Below, piece by piece: positions 14,138-24,366 of a stretch of 64,000 nt of DNA. The translations under genes were made by a program, and so were the position numbers. The notes under the pieces were generated by a model that did not search any database, had not been told where the DNA came from, and saw only the letters and a program-made list of their open reading frames with translations. Source of the DNA: a virus; the IMG/VR virus record IMGVR_UViG_3300045988_088194; one strand, written 5' to 3'. Every line of letters starts with the position of its first letter. Position 1 is the stretch's first letter.

Positions 14138-15304
14138 ATGAAGTTTTCAGAAGTGTTGCAGGACCTTCAAAGGAGAAGAGATAGAGTGATGAATGGACTG
14201 TGGAACTGTATTCCACTGCCATTTCCAAGATTTAAACAGTTACTTCCTGGATTTGAACAGGGGAAGTACATAGTGGTTACTGCCAATCAGAAGGTTGGTA
14301 AGTCAAAACTATGTGATTATCTGTTGGTCTATTCTATCATATTCTTTGCTATGGAACATCCAGAGTTCAAGGCAAAGATTCTCTACTTTACTCTTGAGAT
14401 GAGTCCTAAAGAGAAGTATAATGAGTTCTTATGTCATCTTCTGTTCAGACTTGATGGTATAACCATATCTCCTACAGAACTCAAGAGCACTGATAAGGAC
14501 AAGCCAGTTGACCCTCATATCTTTGAACTTCTTAAAAGTGAAAGGTATCAAGCCTATATAAGGAAGTTTGAAGAAATGGTGGAATATATAGATACTGACA
14601 GAAATCCTACTGGAATAAACAAAAAGTGCAGGGCTTATGCAGAAGAGCATGGTCATTACAATTATAAGACAGTCAAGAGCAAGAACAAACTGACTGGTGA
14701 GGAAGAGGAAATAAGGATACTTGACCCTACTGAGCCTTATACTTCTGATGACCCAGAAGAGTACAAGATTGTCATAGTGGATAATGCTTCTAACATATCT
14801 TTGGAAAAGGGTATGGACAAGAGGGAATCCATTGACAAACTTTCAAAGTATGGTATTACTTTAAGAAATCAGATGCAGTTCATATTTGTGCTTATTCAGC
14901 ATCAGGCTCAAGCCCAAGAAGGCATTGAGAACCAAAAACTGAACAGGCTTAAGCCATCATCAGATGGATTGGCTGACTGTAAGACTACCACCAGAGATGC
15001 AAATCTTGTGATTGGTCTGTACTCACCATTCAAGTATGGAATACCTGATTTTGAAGGATATGACATCAGGAAGTTTAGGAACTATATAAGGTTTATGGAA
15101 GTTATTGAAGATAGGGATTATGGTTCAGCAGGAAACATATGTCCATTGTTCTTCAATGGTGCAGTAAGTACATTCAATGAACTTCCTCTACCAACAGACA
15201 GTGCTGGACTTGAGAGTGTCTATGGCTACATAGATAATCTTAACAAACAGAAGATGAGAAGAAAGGCTAAGTCTTTCTTCATGTATTTGAGAAGAATTTT
15301 TTAA
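14138..15304 (+). CDS. DnaB-like replicative DNA helicase
   Basis: RecA-type core with Walker A TANQKVGKSK and Walker B YKIVIVDNAS. The size and its position beside the primase fit a replicative helicase. Confidence 0.7.
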   Translation: MKFSEVLQDLQRRRDRVMNGLWNCIPLPFPRFKQLLPGFEQGKYIVVTANQKVGKSKLCDYLLVYSIIFFAMEHPEFKAKILYFTLEMSPKEKYNEFLCHLLFRLDGITISPTELKSTDKDKPVDPHIFELLKSERYQAYIRKFEEMVEYIDTDRNPTGINKKCRAYAEEHGHYNYKTVKSKNKLTGEEEEIRILDPTEPYTSDDPEEYKIVIVDNASNISLEKGMDKRESIDKLSKYGITLRNQMQFIFVLIQHQAQAQEGIENQKLNRLKPSSDGLADCKTTTRDANLVIGLYSPFKYGIPDFEGYDIRKFRNYIRFMEVIEDRDYGSAGNICPLFFNGAVSTFNELPLPTDSAGLESVYGYIDNLNKQKMRRKAKSFFMYLRRIF

Positions 15305-15317
15305 GAAATAAGTGTAG

Positions 15318-16061
15318 ATGAAAGCATTAGTGCTTGCAAAAAGTGGATTTGGGAAGAGTACCTCAATTGGTGCTATTCCTGAATTGGGACTTAAAGGGCT
15401 TGACCCAGCCAAGACTTATCTGATTAGCTGTGTGAATAAACCTCTTCCTTTTAGAGGTGCTGCTTCTCAGTATAAGATTGCCAAGGTTAAGAGTCAGCCA
15501 ACAGACAAGACTTTCCCTGCTGAGATAGCATCTGGGAACAGACTTATCTCTAATGATGCAAAGACCATTGCAGCAGTAATTGAACTGCTTGCTGATTCCC
15601 CTTATGAGAACATAGTTCTTGATGATATGAACTACATATCTCAGGACTTCTATATGAAGAATGCTCTCAAGGGAGGATGGGATACCCCAAAGCAGATTGG
15701 CTATGGTATGGGACTTATCTTTGATGCAATCAACAAGATTCCTGAAGATAAGAACATGATTTGTCTTGCTCATTATGAGGAGTACAAGGACAAAAATGGT
15801 GATAGTATCTCTTATAGATATAAGAGTACTGGAAACATGGTTGACCAATATATTACTCCAGAAGGTAAGTTTGAGGTAGTCCTTTATGGAAAAGCCTCAT
15901 ATGATGAGAAAGAAAAGAAGTCTATCAGAGAGTTTGTAACCAATGATGATGGACAGTATCCAGCAAAATCTCCTGTGGGAATGTTTCCATTGTATATACC
16001 TAATGACCTTGGGTATGTTGTGGATACCATGAAGGAGTATTACTTTGGAAGTAACAACTAA
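15318..16061 (+). CDS. P-loop ATPase (small RecA-like/Sak4-like phage ATPase)
   Basis: Walker A LAKSGFGKST at the extreme N-terminus and Walker B NIVLDDMNY. Confidence 0.6.
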   Translation: MKALVLAKSGFGKSTSIGAIPELGLKGLDPAKTYLISCVNKPLPFRGAASQYKIAKVKSQPTDKTFPAEIASGNRLISNDAKTIAAVIELLADSPYENIVLDDMNYISQDFYMKNALKGGWDTPKQIGYGMGLIFDAINKIPEDKNMICLAHYEEYKDKNGDSISYRYKSTGNMVDQYITPEGKFEVVLYGKASYDEKEKKSIREFVTNDDGQYPAKSPVGMFPLYIPNDLGYVVDTMKEYYFGSNN

Positions 16062-16073
16062 AAATAAATACAA

Positions 16074-16463
16074 ATGGAATTAAGTAGATATGAACTTGCT
16101 GCTGTCAAGAGGACAGCACAGATTATTAAGCCTAAGAGAGCTAAAATGGCTAAACTTATTGCCAAGAGGGATGCCCTTGACAATGAAATCAATGCTCTCC
16201 AGAATGAGATTGACCTTTGGGAGGCTCCTATCATAACCAAACATGGTTATTCTTCTGAACAGATTCTTTCAGGAGAGGCTGATGAGATAGCCTCACAGAC
16301 TGAGAATATGTCAGGGGTTTCTGTAGAAACTGTTGATGATACAGAGGAGGCTCCTTTGAGAACTGGTTTCTCAAGGGTAGAAGGGGAAGAAACTGCTGAT
16401 ACAGAGATTGCACATACATCAGTATCTGTGGATGAGGACCCATTCAAAGACCCAGAACTTTAA
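16074..16463 (+). CDS. hypothetical acidic coiled-coil protein
   Basis: ORF. No motif recognised. Confidence 0.5.
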   Translation: MELSRYELAAVKRTAQIIKPKRAKMAKLIAKRDALDNEINALQNEIDLWEAPIITKHGYSSEQILSGEADEIASQTENMSGVSVETVDDTEEAPLRTGFSRVEGEETADTEIAHTSVSVDEDPFKDPEL

Positions 16464-16493
16464 CAGTAAATCAACTAAAAACAAACAAAACAA

Positions 16494-17438
16494 ATGAGTA
16501 GAACTAATAAACTGTTTTTTGCAGTAGCAAAAGGTAAAGTATCCTCTGAGGGAGGAGAAGTCAAGAGGTACATTGGTGTAGCACCAGTATTTGTACTTGC
16601 AGTGAATCCAGACAAGAAGAAGCTGGAGGAGCTCTATGGTAATACTCTTGAGAATGACCCAGTATATGTAGGTGAGGCTGAGGTTGGAGAGGACAAGAAG
16701 AAAGTAGCACAGGTAAGGCTTGACTTTATCCTCAAGATAGATGGTACCAAGTGCAAAGACTCTCAGGGAAATCCTATTGATGCTCTTACCAGAGTGTCAT
16801 TCTTCCTCAGAAACCAGTATAGAACCAACAATGCTGGAGATAAAATTCAGGTGATTGACAAGTATGGAAGGACTGCATGGGTAACCAAGGAGCAGTTTGA
16901 GAAGAAGGAGATTCCTGTATATTCCAATGGTCCTGCAAACCTTGACAAGGACTATAGACCATGCTTCTGGGGAGAGGAGCAGCTCACTAACTTCATAAGG
17001 GCATATCTCAACATTCCTAATGTAATGAAGTATGTCAATAAGCAGTGGGTTCTTATTGACAAGCCAGAGGAGGCAGAAGTAAGGTTGGATGAGATTTCCA
17101 ACTATTTCAAGGGTAACTATTCAGAATTGAATGAAATCCTTACTTATCAGCCTCAGAATAAGGTTAAACTCCTCTTTGGAGTAAGGACAACTGATGACAA
17201 CAAGCAGTTCCAGGCTGTATATACTGAGATGTTCCTCAAGAATAGTGTGACTGACTATTCAAGACTTGACAAGGATGTTCAGGAGAGGAAGAATGCAGGA
17301 GCATATCCTACAACTGAGTTTGAGGTATGTGACCTCAAGGTCTATCAGGTAGGTGCAACTGACCTGAGCAATACAGCAGACACTGGTGACATGCCTGATT
17401 TCACAGGTGCTCCAGCCAATCCTTGGGGAAGCAAATAA
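16494..17438 (+). CDS. hypothetical protein (position compatible with an ssDNA-binding protein; unproven)
   Basis: ORF with an A-rich leader. No motif recognised. Confidence 0.5.
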   Translation: MSRTNKLFFAVAKGKVSSEGGEVKRYIGVAPVFVLAVNPDKKKLEELYGNTLENDPVYVGEAEVGEDKKKVAQVRLDFILKIDGTKCKDSQGNPIDALTRVSFFLRNQYRTNNAGDKIQVIDKYGRTAWVTKEQFEKKEIPVYSNGPANLDKDYRPCFWGEEQLTNFIRAYLNIPNVMKYVNKQWVLIDKPEEAEVRLDEISNYFKGNYSELNEILTYQPQNKVKLLFGVRTTDDNKQFQAVYTEMFLKNSVTDYSRLDKDVQERKNAGAYPTTEFEVCDLKVYQVGATDLSNTADTGDMPDFTGAPANPWGSK

Positions 17439-17465
17439 AGAACAAACTACAAATAATATATCCAT

Positions 17466-18443
17466 ATGGTAGCAAGAGGTTCAGACAGTACTTCCATTGA
17501 GAAGGTCAATGACCTATATTCAGACTTTGATATTGCACACAAGTATTTAGGTATTACTTGTGTTCCCGAAGTAATCAATTCCCCACTCAGACAGGACAAT
17601 AACCCTTCATTGGGATTGTTCATAAACAACAAGACCAATGGTCTGTGGTTCAAAGATTTTGGAAGTGGAGAAAAAGGAAGTCTGTATGACCTTCTTGCCA
17701 AAATGTGGAATGTCTCCAAAGACAAGGTGTATGATAGAATCCTTAAAGATATGCCTGCTCCAGCCCTCATAAGAAAGCATGGAGCAAAAGTGTACAGGAA
17801 GTCAGCAGGCAAAGTTGAAGTCAGAGTCAGAGAATGGAAGGACTATGATATTGCCTATTGGGATTCCTATGGAATATCACTTCCTTGGCTTAAATTTGGA
17901 GAAATATATCCCATATCTCATATTATCTTTACCAAGAATGGACACTCTTATCCTATTCCAGCAGAGAAGTATGCTTATGTATATGTAGAAAGGAAAGATG
18001 GTATAGTCTCATTCAAGATTTACCAGCCTTACTCAAAAGAGTATAAGTGGATGTCTAAGCATGACTCTTCTGTATGGGATTTATGGACTAAGATTCCAGA
18101 GAAAGGTGATAAACTGATTATCACTTCATCAAGAAAAGATGCCCTTGCTATATGGTCCAATACAGGTATTCCTGCCCTTAGCTTGCAGGGGGAAGGTTAT
18201 ATACCAAAGGAGCATGTAGTCCAACAGTTGAAAGACAGATATAATAAGGTTTATGTACTTTATGATAATGACTTTCAAAGTGAAGAGAATCATGGAAGGA
18301 TGTATGGTAAGATGATTGCTGAGAGATTTAATATTACTCAGATTGAAATACCTGAGAAGTGGGGGAGCAAGGACCCTTCAGACTTAGTAAAAAATCATGG
18401 AAGAGAAGTTCTGAGAGAGGTCATAAATGAATTAGTAAACTAA
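17466..18443 (+). CDS. DnaG-like DNA primase (TOPRIM)
   Basis: Degenerate zinc-finger region NPSLGLF..WFKDFGSGEKGSLYDLL. TOPRIM-like LIITSSRKDALA and VYVLYDNDF acidic motifs. Confidence 0.65.
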   Translation: MVARGSDSTSIEKVNDLYSDFDIAHKYLGITCVPEVINSPLRQDNNPSLGLFINNKTNGLWFKDFGSGEKGSLYDLLAKMWNVSKDKVYDRILKDMPAPALIRKHGAKVYRKSAGKVEVRVREWKDYDIAYWDSYGISLPWLKFGEIYPISHIIFTKNGHSYPIPAEKYAYVYVERKDGIVSFKIYQPYSKEYKWMSKHDSSVWDLWTKIPEKGDKLIITSSRKDALAIWSNTGIPALSLQGEGYIPKEHVVQQLKDRYNKVYVLYDNDFQSEENHGRMYGKMIAERFNITQIEIPEKWGSKDPSDLVKNHGREVLREVINELVN

Positions 18444-18455
18444 AAAAAAGAAACA

Positions 18456-19118
18456 ATGAGTAGAAAAGTTACTGTGCTTGTAGAGAGCACACAGAGCAAA
18501 GTTGTGTTTGAGTCAAATGCTACCACCCTTGGTGAGCTTAAGAATGAACTGAGAGAGAGACAGGTAAGGTATGACTCAGATTGTGTATTCAAGGAGGCTG
18601 CTTCAAAGACCATCCTTACATCTGATGAGTCCATCCTTCCTTCTAACATTCCTTGGAAGGGTCAGGTAACTAATGACCTTGTGTTCATGGTTACTGCACC
18701 TCAGAAGAAAATCAGGTCTGGTGCTATGGACAGGAAGGAAGCCTATACAAGAGTTAAGGAGCTTGGTCTTCAGGGGAAGATTCAGGAACATGAGGGAAAG
18801 AACTTCACTCAGTGTTCAACTGCTATTCTTATCTCCTATATAGAGGATGAGAAGAAAAAGGCAGTCAAGAAGACTCCTAAACATACTCCTGCTCCTATAG
18901 CAAAGGAGAAAGTAGTTAAAGCAGATGCCTACACTATGCCAGCATCAGGAAAAGAAATGGTGTCTAATCTTAGAAACCTTCTTGATGAGATGGTATCTAA
19001 GGGAGTTCTCATGCAGCATGATGCTAATAACATCTGGGGTGTTGCCAATGGTCAGCCTGCTCTTCCTGTAGAAAGGGAGCAGTCCTATGATGAACTTGCT
19101 GAACAGTTTAACTTCTAA
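18456..19118 (+). CDS. hypothetical protein with N-terminal ubiquitin-like (beta-grasp) pattern
   Basis: The first ~88 aa (KVTVLVES..SKVVFES..TLGELKNELRERQ..LVFMVTAPQKKIRSG) mimic the ubiquitin strand/helix order and end in R-S-G. A 130-aa extension follows. Confidence 0.35.
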   Translation: MSRKVTVLVESTQSKVVFESNATTLGELKNELRERQVRYDSDCVFKEAASKTILTSDESILPSNIPWKGQVTNDLVFMVTAPQKKIRSGAMDRKEAYTRVKELGLQGKIQEHEGKNFTQCSTAILISYIEDEKKKAVKKTPKHTPAPIAKEKVVKADAYTMPASGKEMVSNLRNLLDEMVSKGVLMQHDANNIWGVANGQPALPVEREQSYDELAEQFNF

Positions 19119-19122
19119 TAAT

Positions 19123-19171
19123 GAGGGATAAGGGTCAGGATGAACTTCCTCTCCCTTATCCCCTTTTTTTA
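19123..19171 (+). terminator. rho-independent terminator
   Basis: GAGGGATAAGGG-loop-CCCTTATCCCC followed by TTTTTTT. Confidence 0.7.
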
Positions 19172-19176
19172 TAGGG

Positions 19177-20352
19177 ATGAATATGACAGATGAACAGAAA
19201 AAAGAATGGGAAAATCTGTATGACAGCCTGATGGAGAAACCAAGAAGAATCCTTGAAATATTCAGTGATTATTTTGGAGAAGATAAAGTGGATATGCAAG
19301 GATTCCGCACTAAGGAGGACTTCTGTAAAAATAAATCATTAGGGAAGGGTAATACAGATGCTATATTACTCCCAAGTGGTATATTTATACTTGTATGGTT
19401 TCCTCAAGTGAGAGTCACTAATGAGTATAACAGGTCTGTAGATATACAGGACCTTTATGCTAAAGTGAAGATTGATACAGAGGGACAACTCATAGGAAAG
19501 TTCTATCTCAATAGAGCTACTTATCCATTAAGTCATATGAGGGCTGGATATATGCATTCCCATATTCCAGGAATAAATACCCGTGACTTCTCAGACTTTC
19601 TTACACCTTGTACTGGAAGTGGACCCATCAATGCTACTATTGGAGGTCTTAACAGGGAGTTTGATGAAGATATGTGGCAGTTATTCTGTAGTGAACTTGA
19701 AGACTTTACTCAAGTAGAGTCAGTTGTAGGGGTTCCTTATAGAAGACTTGAGAATATAGGTGCCAGCCAGTCTTGTAGTGTGACACAGAAGTTCTTTTAT
19801 GTAGTCAGAGGATTTTATGGAAAGGTAGCAAGACCTCCATATGAATCAAGGAGTGTAGACCTTGGAATCATACCAGATTTTACAAGATACCTACTTAAGA
19901 ATGTCTCTCTTCCTATGGAATACTCAAATGGAACATACTGTCTTGGAATGTCTTATTATGATGCTACCATCTTGATTAGTAATAAGTTCATAGAATGGTT
20001 CAATCTTGAAGACAATCCATATAGGAGATTGTATGATTTTCAGTATTTGAAGAACAGGAGAATCCTTGGAGAGTATATAGTAGTTGATGGTAAAATCTAT
20101 ACTATTGGGGATGCTGAAAGTATCAATAGTTATAGGGACTATGAGGGTAAATTTGTATGTAAATTCAAAGGAAAAGAAATTAGATTACATATAGATAATG
20201 GTCTTTCCTCTGAACAGTATCCAGCTACCCTATTGGAAGAAAATGTTTTAAAGGATATAGTATCAGCTATCTGTAAAGTTGTAAATTTAAGATATGGAAG
20301 AAAAGAAGGAGAAGAAGAGTCTGAGCTTGATAGACAGACATTCTATGTATAA
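19177..20352 (+). CDS. hypothetical protein, possible E2/UBC-like fold
   Basis: A helix, then four predicted strands, then MHSHIPGI...(15 aa)...TPCTGSG. This resembles the HPN-flap plus catalytic Cys layout of E2 enzymes. Weak evidence. Confidence 0.3.
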   Translation: MNMTDEQKKEWENLYDSLMEKPRRILEIFSDYFGEDKVDMQGFRTKEDFCKNKSLGKGNTDAILLPSGIFILVWFPQVRVTNEYNRSVDIQDLYAKVKIDTEGQLIGKFYLNRATYPLSHMRAGYMHSHIPGINTRDFSDFLTPCTGSGPINATIGGLNREFDEDMWQLFCSELEDFTQVESVVGVPYRRLENIGASQSCSVTQKFFYVVRGFYGKVARPPYESRSVDLGIIPDFTRYLLKNVSLPMEYSNGTYCLGMSYYDATILISNKFIEWFNLEDNPYRRLYDFQYLKNRRILGEYIVVDGKIYTIGDAESINSYRDYEGKFVCKFKGKEIRLHIDNGLSSEQYPATLLEENVLKDIVSAICKVVNLRYGRKEGEEESELDRQTFYV

Positions 20353-21439
20353 ACTTATAATACCTGATTCAGTTCAGAGAAAGATAAGGGAGTGGTGTTA
20401 TCATTTCCCTACCAAAGAGTGGTCTGGAACACTGTTCTATACAGTAGAGGGTTCTTTTGAGGATGGTTCTTTGGTTATTACCTGTAAGGATATTTATGTA
20501 TCTGACATAGGTTCTGCTACCTATACAGAGTTTGACCATAGTGCTGATATTGTTACTTATCAGGCAATGAATGACCTGCTTGACTGCTATACGGGACTTA
20601 TCCACTCACATAACCAAATGGCAACATTCTTCAGTGGAACAGATAGAAACACTCTTATAGAGGAAGGTATGGATATGCCTCATTTCCTCTCTCTTATAGT
20701 GAATAATGCAGGTGTATATACTGCCAAGATTACCAGAAGGGTGAGTCTTCAGACCTCTAAGATAACCTATCCTACCTTTGGTGGAGAAAGTAAGTCTGAG
20801 GAAGTGGAATCTACTGTCAATGAATATCTTGAGGCATTTCCTCTTGAGATAGATGTACAGGAAGATACATCTATCAGGGATGAGGTTGCTCAGAGAATCA
20901 AAGAGATAGAAGCAGAGAAGACCGCTGTAAGAAGAACTAACTTTCTTTCTTATACCAAGAAGGAAGATGCACCCTTTAAAAGAGAAGAGGAAGTATCATT
21001 TACTAAGGAGTTCCCCTCACAGAGAACACCAGTACAGCCAACATTGTTCCCTGCTGACAGAATATCCCCTTCAGAAACAGATGGGAGTTGGGTCAATATT
21101 GAAGTCCCTCAAGAGTTGGCTCAGAAACTACTTGTACAGTTAGTAACTGGCTCTATCACAACTGGTTATAGTGACAAGTTTGATATAGAGAAGTGGTGTT
21201 CATCTATGATGGAGAAGGCTTTCCTCAGAAGGTTCCCTAACCCTCAGGACCTTGAGAACTGGCTTGACCTCTATACAGAGTTCCTTACATGGTACACTTG
21301 CTGGAAGGAAGTTGAAGATGAGGATTGTGATGTGATAGCCCAGGCTGTGGCAGCTAAATTGCTTAGTATGTGTGAGCAATTACCTGATAACAAGATACTT
21401 GATGTTATCAAGTCTAAACTTGAGGAGATAATGGCATGA
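20345..21439 (+). CDS. JAB/MPN (JAMM) metalloprotease domain protein
   Basis: EWSGTLFY...HSHNQMATFFSGTD matches the JAMM motif E...HxH-x7-S-xx-D. Track ORF trimmed to ATG 20345, which overlaps the upstream stop. Confidence 0.75.
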   Translation: MYKLIIPDSVQRKIREWCYHFPTKEWSGTLFYTVEGSFEDGSLVITCKDIYVSDIGSATYTEFDHSADIVTYQAMNDLLDCYTGLIHSHNQMATFFSGTDRNTLIEEGMDMPHFLSLIVNNAGVYTAKITRRVSLQTSKITYPTFGGESKSEEVESTVNEYLEAFPLEIDVQEDTSIRDEVAQRIKEIEAEKTAVRRTNFLSYTKKEDAPFKREEEVSFTKEFPSQRTPVQPTLFPADRISPSETDGSWVNIEVPQELAQKLLVQLVTGSITTGYSDKFDIEKWCSSMMEKAFLRRFPNPQDLENWLDLYTEFLTWYTCWKEVEDEDCDVIAQAVAAKLLSMCEQLPDNKILDVIKSKLEEIMA

Positions 21440-22395
21440 CACAGAATATACAACAGGCTGTACAACAGGATATAGCACTTAGACTGACTGAGGCAATTAA
21501 TGGTCTTGTAGACCAGGTCAGTGTTGAGCATACTGGGGCTGCTGTTTCAGAGAATACTTCTGAAGAGATAGAAGAGCAGGCTGCATATCCGGAGTATCCA
21601 AGTATAAGCAGTGAAACTACTGTTCCTGAGCAGGCTCATGATAGGATTCCTACCAACTCTGAGACTATTACCATTGACATGAGCACTTCAAGGTTTAGTG
21701 GTGCAGTGTGGTATAATAAAGTGCAGGAGAAGACAATCACTCTTGCAGGTTTGGGTGGTATAGGTTCTTATGTGGCTTTCCTTCTCTCAAGAATGAAGCC
21801 TAATCACATAAGACTCTATGATGATGATACTGTAGAATTGGCAAATATGTCAGGGCAGTTCTACAGTGTTCTTGACATCAACAAGACTAAGGCTCAAGCC
21901 ATGACTGACATGATGCACAATTACAGTAATTATTGTTCCATAACCTCTGTCAATGAGAGGTTCACAACAGATTCCCCTGCTACTGACATCATGATTTGTG
22001 GATTTGACAATATGACTGCCAGAAGGATATTCTACAGTGTATGGAAACACCATGTGATGAGTATACCTGAAGAACTAAGAAAGCATTGCCTGTTCATAGA
22101 TGGAAGGCTTGCAGCAGAGGAGTTTCAGGTTCTGTGTATACAGGGTGGTGACAGTTATAATATGAAGAGGTATGAGAAAGACTGGCTGTTCTCAGATGAT
22201 GAGGCTGATGCCACACTCTGTAGTTATAAGCAGACAACCTTCATGGCTAATATGATTGGCTCTATCATGACTAATCTCTTTGTGAACTTTTGTGCCAATG
22301 ACCTTGAAGGTGATGAAAAGCCTATGATAGATAGGAGTCTTCCATTCCTTACATCATATGATGCTTCTTTGATGATGTTTACTACGGAGGCTTGA
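21436..22395 (+). CDS. ThiF/MoeB/E1-like adenylyltransferase
   Basis: Rossmann motif TLAGLGGIGSYVAFLL followed by IRLYDDDTVELANMSGQFY, matching the E1 pattern GxGGxG...D.D.V..sNl.RQ. Confidence 0.75.
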   Translation: MTQNIQQAVQQDIALRLTEAINGLVDQVSVEHTGAAVSENTSEEIEEQAAYPEYPSISSETTVPEQAHDRIPTNSETITIDMSTSRFSGAVWYNKVQEKTITLAGLGGIGSYVAFLLSRMKPNHIRLYDDDTVELANMSGQFYSVLDINKTKAQAMTDMMHNYSNYCSITSVNERFTTDSPATDIMICGFDNMTARRIFYSVWKHHVMSIPEELRKHCLFIDGRLAAEEFQVLCIQGGDSYNMKRYEKDWLFSDDEADATLCSYKQTTFMANMIGSIMTNLFVNFCANDLEGDEKPMIDRSLPFLTSYDASLMMFTTEA

Positions 22396-23159
22396 TTATG
22401 GTTGCAACAATTTACAATGACCTCATTACTCATCCCTTCAATACCGTGTATGCAAGTACAGGTATGTTTATTGCATATTCCTCCTGTCTTGAAGAGCATG
22501 ATATACTGAATGGATACATATGTACAGATGTGAATCATACTGGTTCATTTGAAGTACCTATGGTTATGCTTCCTTATCTTGAGACCATCTTGATACAGCC
22601 AGAGATAAAGTGGAAGCAGATTGCTATGCCTCTATATTATGGAAATACTGCTGTAAAGAACACTTCTGATGCTATCATAAAACATTTCTTCAGAAACATT
22701 CAAGCAGGTTGTGAAAGACTCTCTAAGATTGTGACAAAGAAAGGAGAGGTTTATTATGGGGGAAATGGGATGATATTTGACCAACATATGAAACCTCTTG
22801 TCCTGTATACTGCTACTGTTACAGGTATGACTCCTGTAACTGTTCCTCACAGGCCAGTAAGAATGAAGACAACCATTTCTGCCCTTAATGTGAGAGTGTC
22901 CCCTCAGGTGCTTCTTAAGGATGATATGCTCAAGAAGAATATAATCTCCAAGGTTATACCTTCACTTGTATCAAGGAGTTTTACAAGTATAAGAGGTGTA
23001 GTGTTTGATAAGCCTATAACTCCTAAGATTATCATTGAGGACCTTTCAGAGTGGATTAAAAGACCTGCAAAAGTAGGCAGTCCTCAGACCTTCAAGGAGG
23101 ATATGCAGAAGTTCTTGTCAAGAGAGGATATTATTCAGGATATAGTAGAATGCCTATGA
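22392..23159 (+). CDS. hypothetical protein
   Basis: ORF overlapping the E1-like stop (ATGA). No motif recognised. Confidence 0.55.
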   Translation: MIMVATIYNDLITHPFNTVYASTGMFIAYSSCLEEHDILNGYICTDVNHTGSFEVPMVMLPYLETILIQPEIKWKQIAMPLYYGNTAVKNTSDAIIKHFFRNIQAGCERLSKIVTKKGEVYYGGNGMIFDQHMKPLVLYTATVTGMTPVTVPHRPVRMKTTISALNVRVSPQVLLKDDMLKKNIISKVIPSLVSRSFTSIRGVVFDKPITPKIIIEDLSEWIKRPAKVGSPQTFKEDMQKFLSREDIIQDIVECL

Positions 23160-23794
23160 CTTGGAGTGGCATAGTATCAACAGATAGTATGGCTATTCCT
23201 TGGTCTAAGGTCATGAAATCTGGAAGACCTTTTTGTCCTGATAAGAATGACATTTTCAAGGCATTCTCATACTGTAGTCCTGATGACTGCAAGGTGGTAT
23301 TTCTTGGACAAGACCCATATCCTCAGAAGGGTGTTGCAACTGGTATACTGTTTGCAAATAAGTCAGAAACTTTGCCTGAACAACTATCTCCTTCATTGAA
23401 GGTTATCAAAAATTCTTTGTTTGAAGATTTGCATATTTCAGAAAAAGACTTTAACTTTGACCCTTCATTAATATCCTGGGCAGAACAGGGGATACTTATG
23501 ATTAACTCTGCACTTACTGTAGAGGTGAACAAGATAGGTTCTCATGTTATGATATGGAGACCTTTCATATCAAAACTTCTGAGGAATCTGTCTCTGTACA
23601 ATCCAGATATACTGTTTGTTTTGTTTGGTTCACAAGCAGGCACATTCAGACCTTATATCAACAAGGAGAGTACTGTTCTTGAGATACCTCACCCTGCATA
23701 TAGTGCAAGAACTGGAGAAAAGTTTCCTCTTATCTTCAATGCAATAAATGAAATTCTTGCAAAGAAAGGTAAGAAGAAGATACATTGGATTTAA
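23150..23794 (+). CDS. uracil-DNA glycosylase-like protein
   Basis: VVFLGQDPYPQKGVATGILF (UNG motif GQDPY) and IPHPAYSA (HPSPLS-like). Confidence 0.7.
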   Translation: MPMTWSGIVSTDSMAIPWSKVMKSGRPFCPDKNDIFKAFSYCSPDDCKVVFLGQDPYPQKGVATGILFANKSETLPEQLSPSLKVIKNSLFEDLHISEKDFNFDPSLISWAEQGILMINSALTVEVNKIGSHVMIWRPFISKLLRNLSLYNPDILFVLFGSQAGTFRPYINKESTVLEIPHPAYSARTGEKFPLIFNAINEILAKKGKKKIHWI

Positions 23795-23808
23795 CATTTT
23801 ATTTAATT

Positions 23809-24366
23809 ATGGGAATTAAATTTATAACTAAAGAAGGAAAAAAGGTTTCTCTTGGAGAACCTATTAGTATTACTGCTACTCTAGAGAAGGAGGGAGTGAA
23901 GACAACCTATATATTCAGGAGTGACAGGCTTACTTCCTCACAGGCAAAAATGCTTGTAATGAAGGGAATACTAAAGGAAGAGAAGCCTCTTGACAAGGTA
24001 GAGAAAAAACCTAAGGTTCCTACCACTGATGAGGTATTTGCTCTTGTAAGTACATGGCTTATGGGCACTCCTCATGAAAAGGATACAGCAAGAGAGTTCC
24101 TTGCTGCAATGCCTGACTATGCAAGGTTCTCAGTTATACTCAGAGCTCTTGCAGTTTTGATAGACAGGAAATATCCTGACCACATCAACAATGCTGATGT
24201 TGATAAGTATTTCACTATTGACATGACTAATGGAAGAGTATGTGAAGTTCCTAAAGGTAAAATCAAGAACTTTAGAAACTTTGCTGCATTCAGAAGCATT
24301 GATGACATCAAGATTGCCACTAAGATTCTGAGACCTTTCATTAAGGAACTGTGGCCTAATGAATAA
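23809..24366 (+). CDS. hypothetical protein
   Basis: The track ORF starts at TTG 23785. The first ATG is at 23809. Confidence 0.5.
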   Translation: MGIKFITKEGKKVSLGEPISITATLEKEGVKTTYIFRSDRLTSSQAKMLVMKGILKEEKPLDKVEKKPKVPTTDEVFALVSTWLMGTPHEKDTAREFLAAMPDYARFSVILRALAVLIDRKYPDHINNADVDKYFTIDMTNGRVCEVPKGKIKNFRNFAAFRSIDDIKIATKILRPFIKELWPNE

